A stretch of DNA of 64,000 nucleotides, from the NCBI GenBank assembly GCA_027487835.1, contig JAIYCU010000020.1, positions 10,970-74,969 on the forward strand, written 5' to 3'. Below are positions 10,937 through 20,752 of the stretch, piece after piece. The translations under genes and the position numbers were made by a program. The DNA comes from Bacteroidota bacterium. Its GTDB lineage: Bacteria > Bacteroidota > Bacteroidia > UKL13-3. The notes under the pieces were generated by a model. The model did not search any database, was not told where the DNA came from, and saw only the letters and a program-made list of their open reading frames with translations. Numbering within the stretch: position 1 is the stretch's first letter; the number at the start of each line of letters is the position of its first letter.

Positions 10937-11587
10937 TTATGATTCAATTGTTTTTAGAATGATTTCACTAATTTCTTTTCCTCTTTCTACAATCATCCAA
11001 TGGCCTCCATTATTAATTAAATGATAAGGAGTGGTAATGTTATTGACAGGAAAAATACGGTCTTTATTCCCATGAATATGAATAATGCTTGGCATTGCTT
11101 CTTCGCTCTTCCAAGATAAGATTGCACCAATGGCCCAATCTAAAAATTCAGGGTCTGTTTCGTCAATTGTTTTGTGTAATGCCCGTCTAGAAATATCATC
11201 TTTTACACTAAAAAAATAGTTAGCAGTAAGGTGGTTCAACCTTTTTAAAGAACTCACAGAAATCACTTTATGTAAAGGTATGAGTCGAGCCAATTTAATA
11301 CCAAAGCTAAGTTGCTTGCTTGTTTGCACACTCGAAATAATGATGCACTTTTTTACCTGAAATTGTTTTGCAATTTCTTTTGCAATCATTCCGCCCATAG
11401 AGAGACCAATAACTATTGCCTCTTCATTGGGTACAAAATAATGTTTCACCAATCGCTGGGCATAATTTGCCAAGCTTTCTTTTTTTATCGGTTTGATCCA
11501 ATCCATGATGATGAAAGGATGGTGTTGCAAATTTAGATTCTTAAAAACTTTTGCATCTGCTCCAAGGCCTGGTATAAGGTAAATCAT
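10937..11587 (-). CDS. Alpha/beta hydrolase
   Basis: IPGLGAD, GLSMGG nucleophile elbow, HGNKDRIFP, GGH. Confidence 0.88.
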   Translation of the reverse strand: MIYLIPGLGADAKVFKNLNLQHHPFIIMDWIKPIKKESLANYAQRLVKHYFVPNEEAIVIGLSMGGMIAKEIAKQFQVKKCIIISSVQTSKQLSFGIKLARLIPLHKVISVSSLKRLNHLTANYFFSVKDDISRRALHKTIDETDPEFLDWAIGAILSWKSEEAMPSIIHIHGNKDRIFPVNNITTPYHLINNGGHWMIVERGKEISEIILKTIES

Positions 11588-11590
11588 GTA

Positions 11591-13621
11591 TTAGTTAATA
11601 AATTTTTCAAGTTGTCCTTGAAGGGCAAACATTTCATCTCTTAGCCTCGCTGCTTCCATAAACTCTAATTCTTTTGCCGCTCTCATCATTCGTTTTTGAA
11701 CCTCGGCAATTGCTTTTTCTAATTGTGGCTTATTCATATTTTGAATAATAGGATCAGCTGCAATATTTATTTCTTCGTTTTCAATATAAGCTGTTTTAGA
11801 ACCTCCCGATAGCATGTCCGCTACACTGGTTTGGTGCATAATTTCTTCGGTGCTCTTTTTTACAGTAGTAGGAGTAATGCCATGCAGAAGGTTATGTGCT
11901 ATTTGTTTGTCTCGTCTTCTATAATTTTCGTCAATGGTTCTTTGCATGCTATCTGTAATTTTATCAGCATACATAATTACTTTACCGTTTTGGTTTCTTG
12001 CAGCGCGGCCAATCGTTTGGGTTAAGCTTCTTTCGTTTCTTAAGAAGCCTTCTTTATCTGCATCCATAATAGCCACCAAACTTACTTCCGGTAAGTCGAG
12101 GCCTTCTCTTAATAAATTAACTCCAATGAGCACATCAAACTTCCCTAAACGTAAGTCTCTTAAAATTTCAACCCTGTCAATGGTTTTAACTTCACTATGA
12201 ATATACCTGCATTTAACGTTTACTTTAGTCATGTATTTACTAAGTTCTTCTGCCATTCTCTTGGTTAAGGTAGTTATTAAAATTCGGTCGCCCATTTTAA
12301 TACGTTCATCAATTTCATCTAGTAAATCATCCACTTGGTTCAAACAAGGTCTTACTTCAATGGTTGGGTCAAGCAAACCTGTAGGTCTAATTAATTGTTC
12401 CACTACAATACCTTCAGATTCTCTAATTTCATACTCGGCGGGGGTTGCACTTACAAAAATTGTTTGAGGAATCATTGCTTCAAATTCGTTGAATTTTAAA
12501 GGTCTATTGTCTAAGGCTGAGGGAAGTCTAAAACCATATTCTACCAAACTTTCTTTTCTACTTCTATCACCCCCATACATCCCTCTTACTTGGGGTATCG
12601 TAGCGTGGCTTTCATCTACAATGAGTAAAAAATCCTTAGGGAAATAGTCAATTAAACAGAAAGGTCTATCACCAGAATTACGTTGATCCATATACCTGCT
12701 GTAATTTTCAATGCCGCTGCAATAACCTAGTTCCCTTATCATTTCAAGGTCGAAGTTGGTTCTTTCTTCAAGGCGTTTGGCTTCAATAAATTTTCCTATC
12801 GACTTAAAGTAATCTATTTGTTTAACCAAGTCGTCTTGAATTTCTCTAATGGCTCTTTGAAGTTGATCTTTTGGTGTTACATAAATATTTGCAGGAAAAA
12901 TCGCAATGTATTCAACTACCTCAATTTTTTTACCGCTAACAGGTTCAATAATGGATAGTTCTTCTACTTCATCACCAAAGAAATTAATTCTAAAGGCATA
13001 ATCTGCATAAGCAGGAAATACATCCAATACATCACCCTTTACCCTAAAGTTTCCTCTCTGAAAATCTGCTGTGGTTCTGCTATAAAGTGAGTCAACCAAT
13101 TGGTAAAGTACTTTATTTCTAGCTATAACTTCTCCTCTTTTGAGACGCACAATACTACTTGCATAATCTTTAGGATTACCAGCACCATAGATACAACTTA
13201 CCGAGGCGAGTACAATCACATCTCTTCTTCCGCTTAATAAAGATGAAGTAGTTTTTAAACGTAATTTTTCAATCTCATCATTAATTTGCAAGTCTTTTTC
13301 TATATAGGTATTTGAACTAGCGATGTAAGCCTCTGGCTGGTAATAATCGTAATAGGAAACAAAATATTCCACTGCATTGTCTGGAAAAAACTGTTTGAAC
13401 TCACCAAACAATTGCGCCACTAAGGTTTTATTATGGCTGATTATTAAAGTAGGTTTTTGAACTTTTTCAATTACGTTGGCCATGGTAAAAGTTTTACCAG
13501 AGCCTGTAACGCCAAGTAGCACTTGTGCCCTGTCGCCGCGTTCAATGCCTTCTATTAAATTTTTAATGGCATGGGGTTGGTCGCCGGTTGGCTGATAGGG
13601 TGATACTATTTTAAATTCCAT
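11591..13621 (-). CDS. uvrB: Excinuclease ABC subunit B
   Basis: PTGDQP, LGVTGSGKTFT, YFVSYYDYYQPEAY, LLREGLDLPEV, C-terminal UVR domain. Confidence 0.99.
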   Translation of the reverse strand: MEFKIVSPYQPTGDQPHAIKNLIEGIERGDRAQVLLGVTGSGKTFTMANVIEKVQKPTLIISHNKTLVAQLFGEFKQFFPDNAVEYFVSYYDYYQPEAYIASSNTYIEKDLQINDEIEKLRLKTTSSLLSGRRDVIVLASVSCIYGAGNPKDYASSIVRLKRGEVIARNKVLYQLVDSLYSRTTADFQRGNFRVKGDVLDVFPAYADYAFRINFFGDEVEELSIIEPVSGKKIEVVEYIAIFPANIYVTPKDQLQRAIREIQDDLVKQIDYFKSIGKFIEAKRLEERTNFDLEMIRELGYCSGIENYSRYMDQRNSGDRPFCLIDYFPKDFLLIVDESHATIPQVRGMYGGDRSRKESLVEYGFRLPSALDNRPLKFNEFEAMIPQTIFVSATPAEYEIRESEGIVVEQLIRPTGLLDPTIEVRPCLNQVDDLLDEIDERIKMGDRILITTLTKRMAEELSKYMTKVNVKCRYIHSEVKTIDRVEILRDLRLGKFDVLIGVNLLREGLDLPEVSLVAIMDADKEGFLRNERSLTQTIGRAARNQNGKVIMYADKITDSMQRTIDENYRRRDKQIAHNLLHGITPTTVKKSTEEIMHQTSVADMLSGGSKTAYIENEEINIAADPIIQNMNKPQLEKAIAEVQKRMMRAAKELEFMEAARLRDEMFALQGQLEKFIN

Positions 13622-14873
13622 GTGCTTCTGCGGTTTCTTCTAATAATAACTTTCTTAACACATCTAATGATTGAATGGCAGTTCTTTGAATGGTTCGTTC
13701 TCTATTATCTCCAAGGTTAAGCAATTTGCAAATTGTTTGATGTGGCGTACTCACCGCAATCCAAACAGTGCCAACAGGCTTTTCAATACTTCCTCCACTG
13801 GGGCCAGCCACACCGCTTGCAGCAATTGCATAATCTGTTTTCAATACTTTTCTTGCTCCTTCTGCCATGGCTTTAACGCAAGCTTCGCTAACCGCACCTT
13901 GTGTTGAGATAACGCTTGGGTCAACCCCTAATTGATTAATCTTAACATCATTGGCATAGCTTACAATTGAACCTTTAAAATAAGCAGAGCTTCCTGCTTG
14001 CAAAGTGATAGCGTGGGCTATATATCCGCCTGTACAACTTTCTGCTGTGCTCAATGTTTTTCTTCTTCCTTTAAGTAACATTCCAACTACTTGCGAAAGA
14101 CTATCTTCCCCTTCTCCATAAATATATTCACCAACTGTTTCATAGAGTTTTTGAATAATAGGTATTAAAGTTTCTTGTAATTCATGTTCGTTATCTCCAT
14201 AGGCACTAAAGCGCAAGCGGACCATTCCAACAGCAGGCAAGTATGCTAACTTAATGTGAGTAGGCAAAGCATCTTCAATAGCGGCAATTTTTTTGGCCAA
14301 AAAACTTTCTCCAATATTGCAAGTAAGAATAGTTCTATGCACAATAGATGGAAATGAAAAGGTTTGCTTCAGTAAAGGAATTGCTTCTTCTTCAAAAATT
14401 GTTTTCATTTCAAAAGGCACACCCGGCATACTGATATAAACTTTATTGTTTTCAAAAAACCACATGCCAGGGGCTGTTCCATTTCTATTCCAAAGCACCT
14501 TACAGTTTTCTGGCACCATGGCTTGTTGATTATTGGATGCTAACATGGGTAAATTTCGCATCTTAAAAATAGAACTCACCCATGATAATACTTTTTCGTT
14601 TTGAACCAATTGTGTGTTAAAAAAATCACATAAAGTAAGTTTGGTGATATCATCTTTTGTTGGACCCAAGCCGCCAGTTATAACAATGATATCACTTCGC
14701 ATGCTAGCCTGCGAAAGCCCGTCTAGTATGGCTTGCCTTGAATCTGATAATGCAGATTTGTGATGCACATGAATGCCTAATTGATTTAATTGTTGACCCA
14801 ACCATGAAGAGTTTGTATCTATTACTTGACCCAATAATAACTCATCCCCAATCGTAATTATTTCTGCTTTCAT
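13611..14873 (-). CDS. cinA: Competence/damage-inducible protein A (NMN deamidase fusion)
   Basis: IGDELLLGQVIDTNS, TGGLGPTKDD, GTAPG, TAESCTGG, SGVAGPSGG. Confidence 0.96.
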   Translation of the reverse strand: MKAEIITIGDELLLGQVIDTNSSWLGQQLNQLGIHVHHKSALSDSRQAILDGLSQASMRSDIIVITGGLGPTKDDITKLTLCDFFNTQLVQNEKVLSWVSSIFKMRNLPMLASNNQQAMVPENCKVLWNRNGTAPGMWFFENNKVYISMPGVPFEMKTIFEEEAIPLLKQTFSFPSIVHRTILTCNIGESFLAKKIAAIEDALPTHIKLAYLPAVGMVRLRFSAYGDNEHELQETLIPIIQKLYETVGEYIYGEGEDSLSQVVGMLLKGRRKTLSTAESCTGGYIAHAITLQAGSSAYFKGSIVSYANDVKINQLGVDPSVISTQGAVSEACVKAMAEGARKVLKTDYAIAASGVAGPSGGSIEKPVGTVWIAVSTPHQTICKLLNLGDNRERTIQRTAIQSLDVLRKLLLEETAEAHGI

Positions 14874-15344
14874 TGTTTGAAATATGTTGCCTTAAAGGTA
14901 ATAGGAGTTGATTGAATAATAAAAGTAAAAGTTTTAATAAATATGTATAAAAAAATATACTCATTTTAAGCTTAATCATCATTTTTTTTCAAAGCCTTTA
15001 TTCTTTTATTTTATAAACATGCTAAGGCATAAACTTTGAATATATAAACTTATAATTATTTATGTAAACGATGGGAGGTCTATATTTTACAGATGTTTCA
15101 AGGTTTGTGCTAATTGCTAATTCGTTAACTTTGATGCTTACTTAAATAAAATCATGTTGTTTGGATTAAAAATAAATTTACTTTTTTTTAAAGTAGTTAA
15201 TCACATTTTTTTAATCACATTAATCTCTGAAGATATTAATAAAATCAATATCTCGCATTAATCGTTCGTAGTTATCAACAAGTATAGGTGGTAATTTTTT
15301 TTAGTTGATTTACAGATAGTACTTGAATTTATTATTTGTACATA

Positions 15345-15352
15345 TAACTTTG
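15345..15352 (+). promoter_or_regulatory. Bacteroidota -7 promoter element upstream of histone-like gene
   Basis: TAACTTTG matches TAnnTTTG, 30 nt before ATG at 15383. Confidence 0.6.
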
Positions 15353-15382
15353 TTATCGTAATCAATCAAATTTTATATAATA

Positions 15383-15673
15383 ATGGCAACAACTAAAAAA
15401 GCTAAAAAAGCAGCGCCAAAGAAAGCTGCAGCTAAGAAGGCAGCAACTAAGAAGGCTGCTCCTAAAAAAGCAGCAGCTAAAAAAGCTGCAACTAAGAAAG
15501 CAGCTCCTAAGAAAGCAGCAGCTAAAAAAGTGGCAACTAAAAAAGCAGCTCCTAAGAAAGCAGCTAAAAAAGCAGCTACTAAAAAAGCGGCTCCTAAGAA
15601 AGCAGCTACTAAGAAAGTTGCAACTAAGAAAGCTGCTCCTAAGAAAGCTGCTGCAAAGAAAGCTTCAAAGTAA
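15383..15673 (+). CDS. Histone H1-like Lys/Ala-rich repetitive protein
   Basis: 96 aa made almost entirely of KKAA(P/A/T) pentapeptides; own promoter and terminator. Confidence 0.88.
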   Translation: MATTKKAKKAAPKKAAAKKAATKKAAPKKAAAKKAATKKAAPKKAAAKKVATKKAAPKKAAKKAATKKAAPKKAATKKVATKKAAPKKAAAKKASK

Positions 15674-15691
15674 TTTTTGCTTAGTTAAAAG

Positions 15692-15722
15692 AAAAAAAGA
15701 CCTCATTGAGGTCTTTTTTTTT
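15692..15722 (+). terminator. Rho-independent terminator
   Basis: aaaaaaagacctc-att-gaggtcttttttttt. Confidence 0.85.
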
Positions 15723-15732
15723 ATATTGCTAA

Positions 15733-15888
15733 ATGATGAAAAGGATAATTGTACTTCTCTTTTTAGGTTCTTTTTTGTTCATGCTAATACCAGCATGCAA
15801 AACAAAGGCAAAGCGCTGCGCTCAGTTTGATAATGCAGATTCAGACTACAAACTTAAACGCGATAGAAACGGTCGGGTCAAAAAGTAA
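15733..15888 (+). CDS. Small putative lipoprotein (51 aa, not in ORF track)
   Basis: Manual translation MMKRIIVLLFLGSFLFMLIPACKTKAKRCAQFDNADSDYKLKRDRNGRVKK*; signal peptide with PA-C lipobox-like end. Confidence 0.7.
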   Translation: MMKRIIVLLFLGSFLFMLIPACKTKAKRCAQFDNADSDYKLKRDRNGRVKK

Positions 15889-15892
15889 CTGC

Positions 15893-18800
15893 TTAACTTT
15901 TCCAGTTAAGTATTTGCCACAAATTATGCATTCCTTGTTTAATAGTATTTACTTCAAATACCACAATGGCTAAAGATTGGTTTGTTTGCTTTAACCTTCC
16001 CCATTTAGGATGACTTTGTACAAAGCCTAAAATATTGCTAAATAATTCAGATTCGTAGTAATGCTTTTTATTTTCTGGAGGGAAATAGGCTATGAGTTGA
16101 CTCTTTTTCAAAATCATTTTTTCAAATCCTAATTGTTTGCCAAGTTCTCTTAACCTAATTAAGTTAACTAAATCATGCACCTGTGTTGGTACATTACCAA
16201 ACCTGTCGTGTAACTGAGCAGTAAACTGTGTTAATTCCTCATCCGTGTGTAAAGAGGCTAAGGCATTATATAAGCTCAATCGCTCCCCAATATTCCGAAC
16301 ATAATCATCTGGTATTAGGGCTTCCAAATCTGTTTCTAAATTGCAATCTACCGATTCTACTTTTTGAACACTTAATTCATCCTTAAACAAATCTGCAAAC
16401 TCATCTTCTTTCAGTTCATGTATCGCTTCATCTAGAATTTTATGATACATTTCAAATCCAATTTCTGCAATAAATCCACTTTGTTCTCCTCCTAATAAAT
16501 TTCCAGCACCTCTGATGTCAAGGTCGCGCATAGCTACATTAAAACCACTACCCAATTCGCTAAACTCTTCAATGGCTTGTAACCTGCGTCTTGCATCATT
16601 GGTTAAGCTAGTCATAGAGGGTACCAATAAATAGCAAAAGGCTTTTGTATTGCTTCTCCCTACACGTCCTCTCATCTGGTGTAAATCACTTAACCCAAAC
16701 ATGTGAGCATTATTTATTATTATGGTATTGGCATTTGAAATATCCAAACCTGCCTCTATAATCGTGGTTGCAACAAGTACATCATATTCTCCTTCAATAA
16801 ACTTAATCATTACATCTTCAAGTTTATCTCCTTCTAATTGCCCATGCGCTACACCCACTTTAATACCTTTACAAATGTTTTCAAGGTGCTTGGCTACTTC
16901 ATAAATATCTTTTACACGATGATGCACAAAGAATACTTGCCCCCCTCTTTCAACTTCATAATTAATGGCATCTGCGATGGTGGTATCATTATAATTATGC
17001 ATTTCTGTGCTTACCGGTTGTCTATTGGCCGGTGGTGTATTAATAACAGACAAATCTCTAGCGCCCATCAAAGAAAAATGCAAGGTTCTTGGTATAGGGG
17101 TTGCAGTTAAGGTTAGGGTATCTACGTTTGTTTTTATACCCTTTAATTTTTCTTTGGCCGCTACTCCAAATTTTTGCTCTTCATCAATTATCAGTAGTCC
17201 TAACTCTTTAAATTTAATTTCTTTACTTAAGATTTTATGAGTGCCAATTACAATATCTAATTTGCCTTCCTGTAATTTTTTCATAACCTCCTTTTGCTCT
17301 GTATTCGTTTTGAACCTATTGATATAATCAATATTACAAGGGAAGTCTTTGAGCCTTTCTTTAAATGTTCTATAATGCTGGTTAGCAAGAATGGTAGTTG
17401 GCACAAGAATGGCAACTTGTTTGTTATCACAAACAGCTTTAAAGGCGGCACGAATAGCAATTTCAGTTTTTCCAAATCCAACATCACCACAAATGAGGCG
17501 GTCCATAGGATGTGGATTTTCCATGTCTTTTTTCACATCAACCGTTGCCTTCACTTGGTCTGGCGTATCCTCATACATAAAAGAAGCTTCTAATTCAACT
17601 TGCATGTAATTATCTGGTGCAAAAGCAAAGCCTTTTTGAGATTTCCTTGTGGCATAAAGTTTAATAAGGTCGCGCGCAATGTCTTTTACTTTTTTCTTGG
17701 TATTATTTTTTAATTTCTCCCACGCATCACTTCCTAATTTATTCATTTTAGGAATGGCACCATCTTTACCAACATACTTAGTTATTTTATGCAAGGAGTT
17801 TATGCTCACATACAATAAATCATTGTCTCTGTATACTAATCTTACCGCTTCTTGCAGCTGTCCGTTAATTTCTATTTTCTCAAGACCTGCAAACTTGCCA
17901 ATGCCATGATCTATATGGGTAACAAAATCACCAGGCCTTAATTCTCGAAGTTCTTTTAGGGTTATCACCTTGCTAGAGGTATAACCACTTTTAAGTTTAC
18001 CTTTATAAAATCTATCAAAAATTTGATGCTCGGTATAAATGGCCAACTTTGTATCTCTATCAATAAAGCCTCCGCTTAAGCCATGGTAAACCGGACTAAA
18101 TTTCACTTCCTTGTCTAGGTCCTCAAAAATGGTATATAAACGTTCAATTTGTCTGCTGCTTTCAGAGAAAATCAAATTTACATAGTCTTGCTTTTGATTC
18201 TCTTTTAGATTTTCTATGAGTAGTTTAAAGTTTTTGTGAAAGAGCGGCTGCGGACTCATATTAAACTCAAATACCGAAGCAGATTTTTTACTAAACCTTG
18301 TTCCAAAACCTATTTGTGTGAAAGGTTCTAGTACTTTTTTTAATTGAGAAACATCCATCCAAGTTTCAGCCACCGAACTAAAACTAATTTCATGCGGACC
18401 ATCATATTTTTTTGGGTCAAAGCTAGCGGCCCGCTCCAAGCCTTTTGAAATCTGGTCAAAAGAAAAGCTATCATCTTTCCACCAGATTAATGTTTCTTTT
18501 GGGAGGTAATCAAAAAAACTTTGCTTTAGGCTTATTTCTTTTTGAACATTTGGAATGATAAAAAAGCGGTCTACTCTTTTAGTACTTAATTGGTCTACTG
18601 GATTAAAAATTCTAATGCCTTCAATAGTATCCCCATTTAATTCAATGCGATAAGGTAAATCATTGCTAAATGAAAAAACATCTATTATACCGCCTCTTAT
18701 ACTAAAGGTACCTGCCTCATAAACAAAGTCGCTTCTTTCAAAATGATGTTCTGTTAAAAATTCTATAAAAAACTCTAAGTCGAATGGGTCACCCTGTTTT

Positions 18801-19240
18801 ATTTCAAATGTATTTTGATTTAAATCTTTTTCGCTCATTACCCACTCGCAAATAGCATCTGCAGTAGTTATTACCCATTCATTCTTACTATAATGTTGGT
18901 TAAGTCTATTTAAAACTTCTGCACGTTCAAGTACCAATTGGTTTTGCAAAGTTTCTGGCTGAAAACTTCTTTTATAGGAAGCCGGAAAATAATTGATGGT
19001 TTTTCCCTCGCACAATTGTTCGGCATCGCCAGCAAAATATCTTGCTTCTTCAATGTCTTGGCAAATTACCAACATTGGCAAGTTCAACTTTTCATAGATA
19101 CTAGCACTCAAAAGGGCAGGGGCAGCGCCTTGCAAACCTTTTATGTGTAGGTGTTTGGCTGTTTTATCCTGAATTGTTTTTAATATGGCTGCCGCTTGCT
19201 CAGCGCTGGTCCAAGCCGACAGAATTTCGGAAAGCTTCAT
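15893..19240 (-). CDS. mfd: Transcription-repair coupling factor
   Basis: HIDHGIGKF CarD-like domain, DRLICGDVGFGKTE, DEEQKFGV, TATPIPRTL, QMRGRVGRS, RDLDIRGAGNLLG. Confidence 0.99.
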   Translation of the reverse strand: MKLSEILSAWTSAEQAAAILKTIQDKTAKHLHIKGLQGAAPALLSASIYEKLNLPMLVICQDIEEARYFAGDAEQLCEGKTINYFPASYKRSFQPETLQNQLVLERAEVLNRLNQHYSKNEWVITTADAICEWVMSEKDLNQNTFEIKQGDPFDLEFFIEFLTEHHFERSDFVYEAGTFSIRGGIIDVFSFSNDLPYRIELNGDTIEGIRIFNPVDQLSTKRVDRFFIIPNVQKEISLKQSFFDYLPKETLIWWKDDSFSFDQISKGLERAASFDPKKYDGPHEISFSSVAETWMDVSQLKKVLEPFTQIGFGTRFSKKSASVFEFNMSPQPLFHKNFKLLIENLKENQKQDYVNLIFSESSRQIERLYTIFEDLDKEVKFSPVYHGLSGGFIDRDTKLAIYTEHQIFDRFYKGKLKSGYTSSKVITLKELRELRPGDFVTHIDHGIGKFAGLEKIEINGQLQEAVRLVYRDNDLLYVSINSLHKITKYVGKDGAIPKMNKLGSDAWEKLKNNTKKKVKDIARDLIKLYATRKSQKGFAFAPDNYMQVELEASFMYEDTPDQVKATVDVKKDMENPHPMDRLICGDVGFGKTEIAIRAAFKAVCDNKQVAILVPTTILANQHYRTFKERLKDFPCNIDYINRFKTNTEQKEVMKKLQEGKLDIVIGTHKILSKEIKFKELGLLIIDEEQKFGVAAKEKLKGIKTNVDTLTLTATPIPRTLHFSLMGARDLSVINTPPANRQPVSTEMHNYNDTTIADAINYEVERGGQVFFVHHRVKDIYEVAKHLENICKGIKVGVAHGQLEGDKLEDVMIKFIEGEYDVLVATTIIEAGLDISNANTIIINNAHMFGLSDLHQMRGRVGRSNTKAFCYLLVPSMTSLTNDARRRLQAIEEFSELGSGFNVAMRDLDIRGAGNLLGGEQSGFIAEIGFEMYHKILDEAIHELKEDEFADLFKDELSVQKVESVDCNLETDLEALIPDDYVRNIGERLSLYNALASLHTDEELTQFTAQLHDRFGNVPTQVHDLVNLIRLRELGKQLGFEKMILKKSQLIAYFPPENKKHYYESELFSNILGFVQSHPKWGRLKQTNQSLAIVVFEVNTIKQGMHNLWQILNWKS

Positions 19241-19282
19241 GTGTAATCTTAGTATCGGGTTGCAATATAAAGCCCCGTAGCG

Positions 19283-19666
19283 CTAATTTTGTTCTCTACA
19301 CCTGATTACTTTTATTTCATCGCCATTTGGAATAATTCCAAAGTCATAGCAATACAAACAGGTTTCTCCCGATTCTGATATTTCGAGGTGGGTATGGTAC
19401 TTAAATTTAAATCCCATTTCTTGCAATTTTGTATTTGAAACCTGAATATGTTCCTGCTCATTAAATTTTAAAAAATGCCCTAATATCATTCTGTTCCTTC
19501 TCAAATACTGATTGATTTGTTTCACATTTTGGTTCAACCCAAAAGCTTTAGAATTGTTGAAACTACTACGGCAATGGTCGTCGCAGAACTTTTTATCACT
19601 TCGACCTAGTAGCGGTTCACCGCAACGTAGGCAGTTTTTTTTTTTTTTTTTTTTTTACTTTTTCAT
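19283..19666 (-). pseudogene. DUF2116-like Zn-ribbon protein gene with in-frame stop at codon 4 beside a poly(A)22 tract
   Basis: ATG AAA AAG TAA (AAA)6 AAC then CLRCGEPLLGRSDKKFCDDHCRSSFNN...LRRNRMIL...YCYDFG in the same frame. Confidence 0.6.
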
Positions 19667-19680
19667 CAAGTAAGTAAAAT

Positions 19681-20340
19681 TTATCTTGAACCAAAAATTG
19701 CGCTGCCAATTCTAACTAAGGTTGCACCCTCCTCAATGGCAACTAAATAATCGCCACTCATGCCCATTGAGATTTCTTTAAAAGTGTCTTGAGCTTCAAA
19801 AAAGTCAGATTTCACCTTGTCAAATAGCATTTTTAAACCCTTAAATTCATTCCGAATTTGAGATGAATCATCGGTATTGCTAGCCATACCCATAAGCCCG
19901 TAAATGGCAATATTTTTCATTTCTTTAAATGACTTATTTTGTAATAGTTCATATAACTCGGCTTGAACCAACCCAAATTTAGTCTCTTCATTCGCAATAT
20001 ATATTTGCAATAAACAGGGGATAATTCGTTGATTTTTTATGCCCTCTTTATTAATAACCTCAAGCAACTTTAAGCTATCTACGCCATGGATCAGGGATAC
20101 AAAATTTGCCATGTATTTAACCTTATTACTTTGTAAATGACCAATCATATGCCATTCAATATCTTTAGGCAATTGTTGATGCTTTTCTACCATTTCTTGC
20201 ACTTTATTTTCTCCAAATATTCTTTGTCCGGCATCATAGGCCTCTTGCAATGCAGGCATAGGCTTGGTTTTGCTAACAGCAATTAATCTTGCATTTAATC
20301 CTATTTCTTGATTTATTTTTTCAATATTTGTAGCAATCAT
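19681..20340 (-). CDS. yggS: PLP homeostasis protein
   Basis: LIAVSKTKP, FGENKVQE, WHMIGHLQSNKVK, SMGMSGDY, VRIGSAIFG; start placed at MIATNIEK (20340). Confidence 0.96.
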   Translation of the reverse strand: MIATNIEKINQEIGLNARLIAVSKTKPMPALQEAYDAGQRIFGENKVQEMVEKHQQLPKDIEWHMIGHLQSNKVKYMANFVSLIHGVDSLKLLEVINKEGIKNQRIIPCLLQIYIANEETKFGLVQAELYELLQNKSFKEMKNIAIYGLMGMASNTDDSSQIRNEFKGLKMLFDKVKSDFFEAQDTFKEISMGMSGDYLVAIEEGATLVRIGSAIFGSR

Positions 20341-20740
20341 GAGAGATAATATAATTTTCAAATATCTGTATCTATTTTTGTTTCTGCTAATAATGTCTTG
20401 CAACAATGAAATTGGTTCAGACATTGAAAAACCAAATCCATTTTTTGATAGACAGAAAATGGCAGAAATAATAGCAGATATACAATTGGCAGAATCTGCC
20501 GTGCAAATGAAAAACTATCCTTTTGATTCTATGAATAGAGCCTATGCAGGTTATTATGATTTTGTTTTTGAAAAGCATAACATCGATTCTCAAAGTTTTG
20601 CAGATAACTTTGCCTATTATTTAGCAAATCCTGTGGAGATGGATAGCGTCTATCAAGTAACCATTACAATTTTAAGTACCTTAGAATCAAAATCAAGAGG
20701 AATAATTGTTTTAGATTCAAACAAGATTACAGTTAACTAA
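20339..20740 (+). CDS. DUF4296-like lipoprotein
   Basis: Lipobox IMSC; MAEIIADIQLAES, VFEKHNID..F..NFAYY..NP pattern. Confidence 0.75.
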   Translation: MRDNIIFKYLYLFLFLLIMSCNNEIGSDIEKPNPFFDRQKMAEIIADIQLAESAVQMKNYPFDSMNRAYAGYYDFVFEKHNIDSQSFADNFAYYLANPVEMDSVYQVTITILSTLESKSRGIIVLDSNKITVN

Positions 20741-20752
20741 GTTAAAGTTACA

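Noticed and set aside
15383..15673. 15/45-bp periodic DNA as a possible CRISPR or satellite array
   Set aside because: No unique spacers; the periodicity is fully explained by the KKAAx coding repeat with synonymous variation
20341..20424. N-terminal extension of yggS given by the ORF track
   Set aside because: It is antisense to the lipoprotein signal-peptide codons; the YggS-like sequence begins at MIATNIEK (20340)
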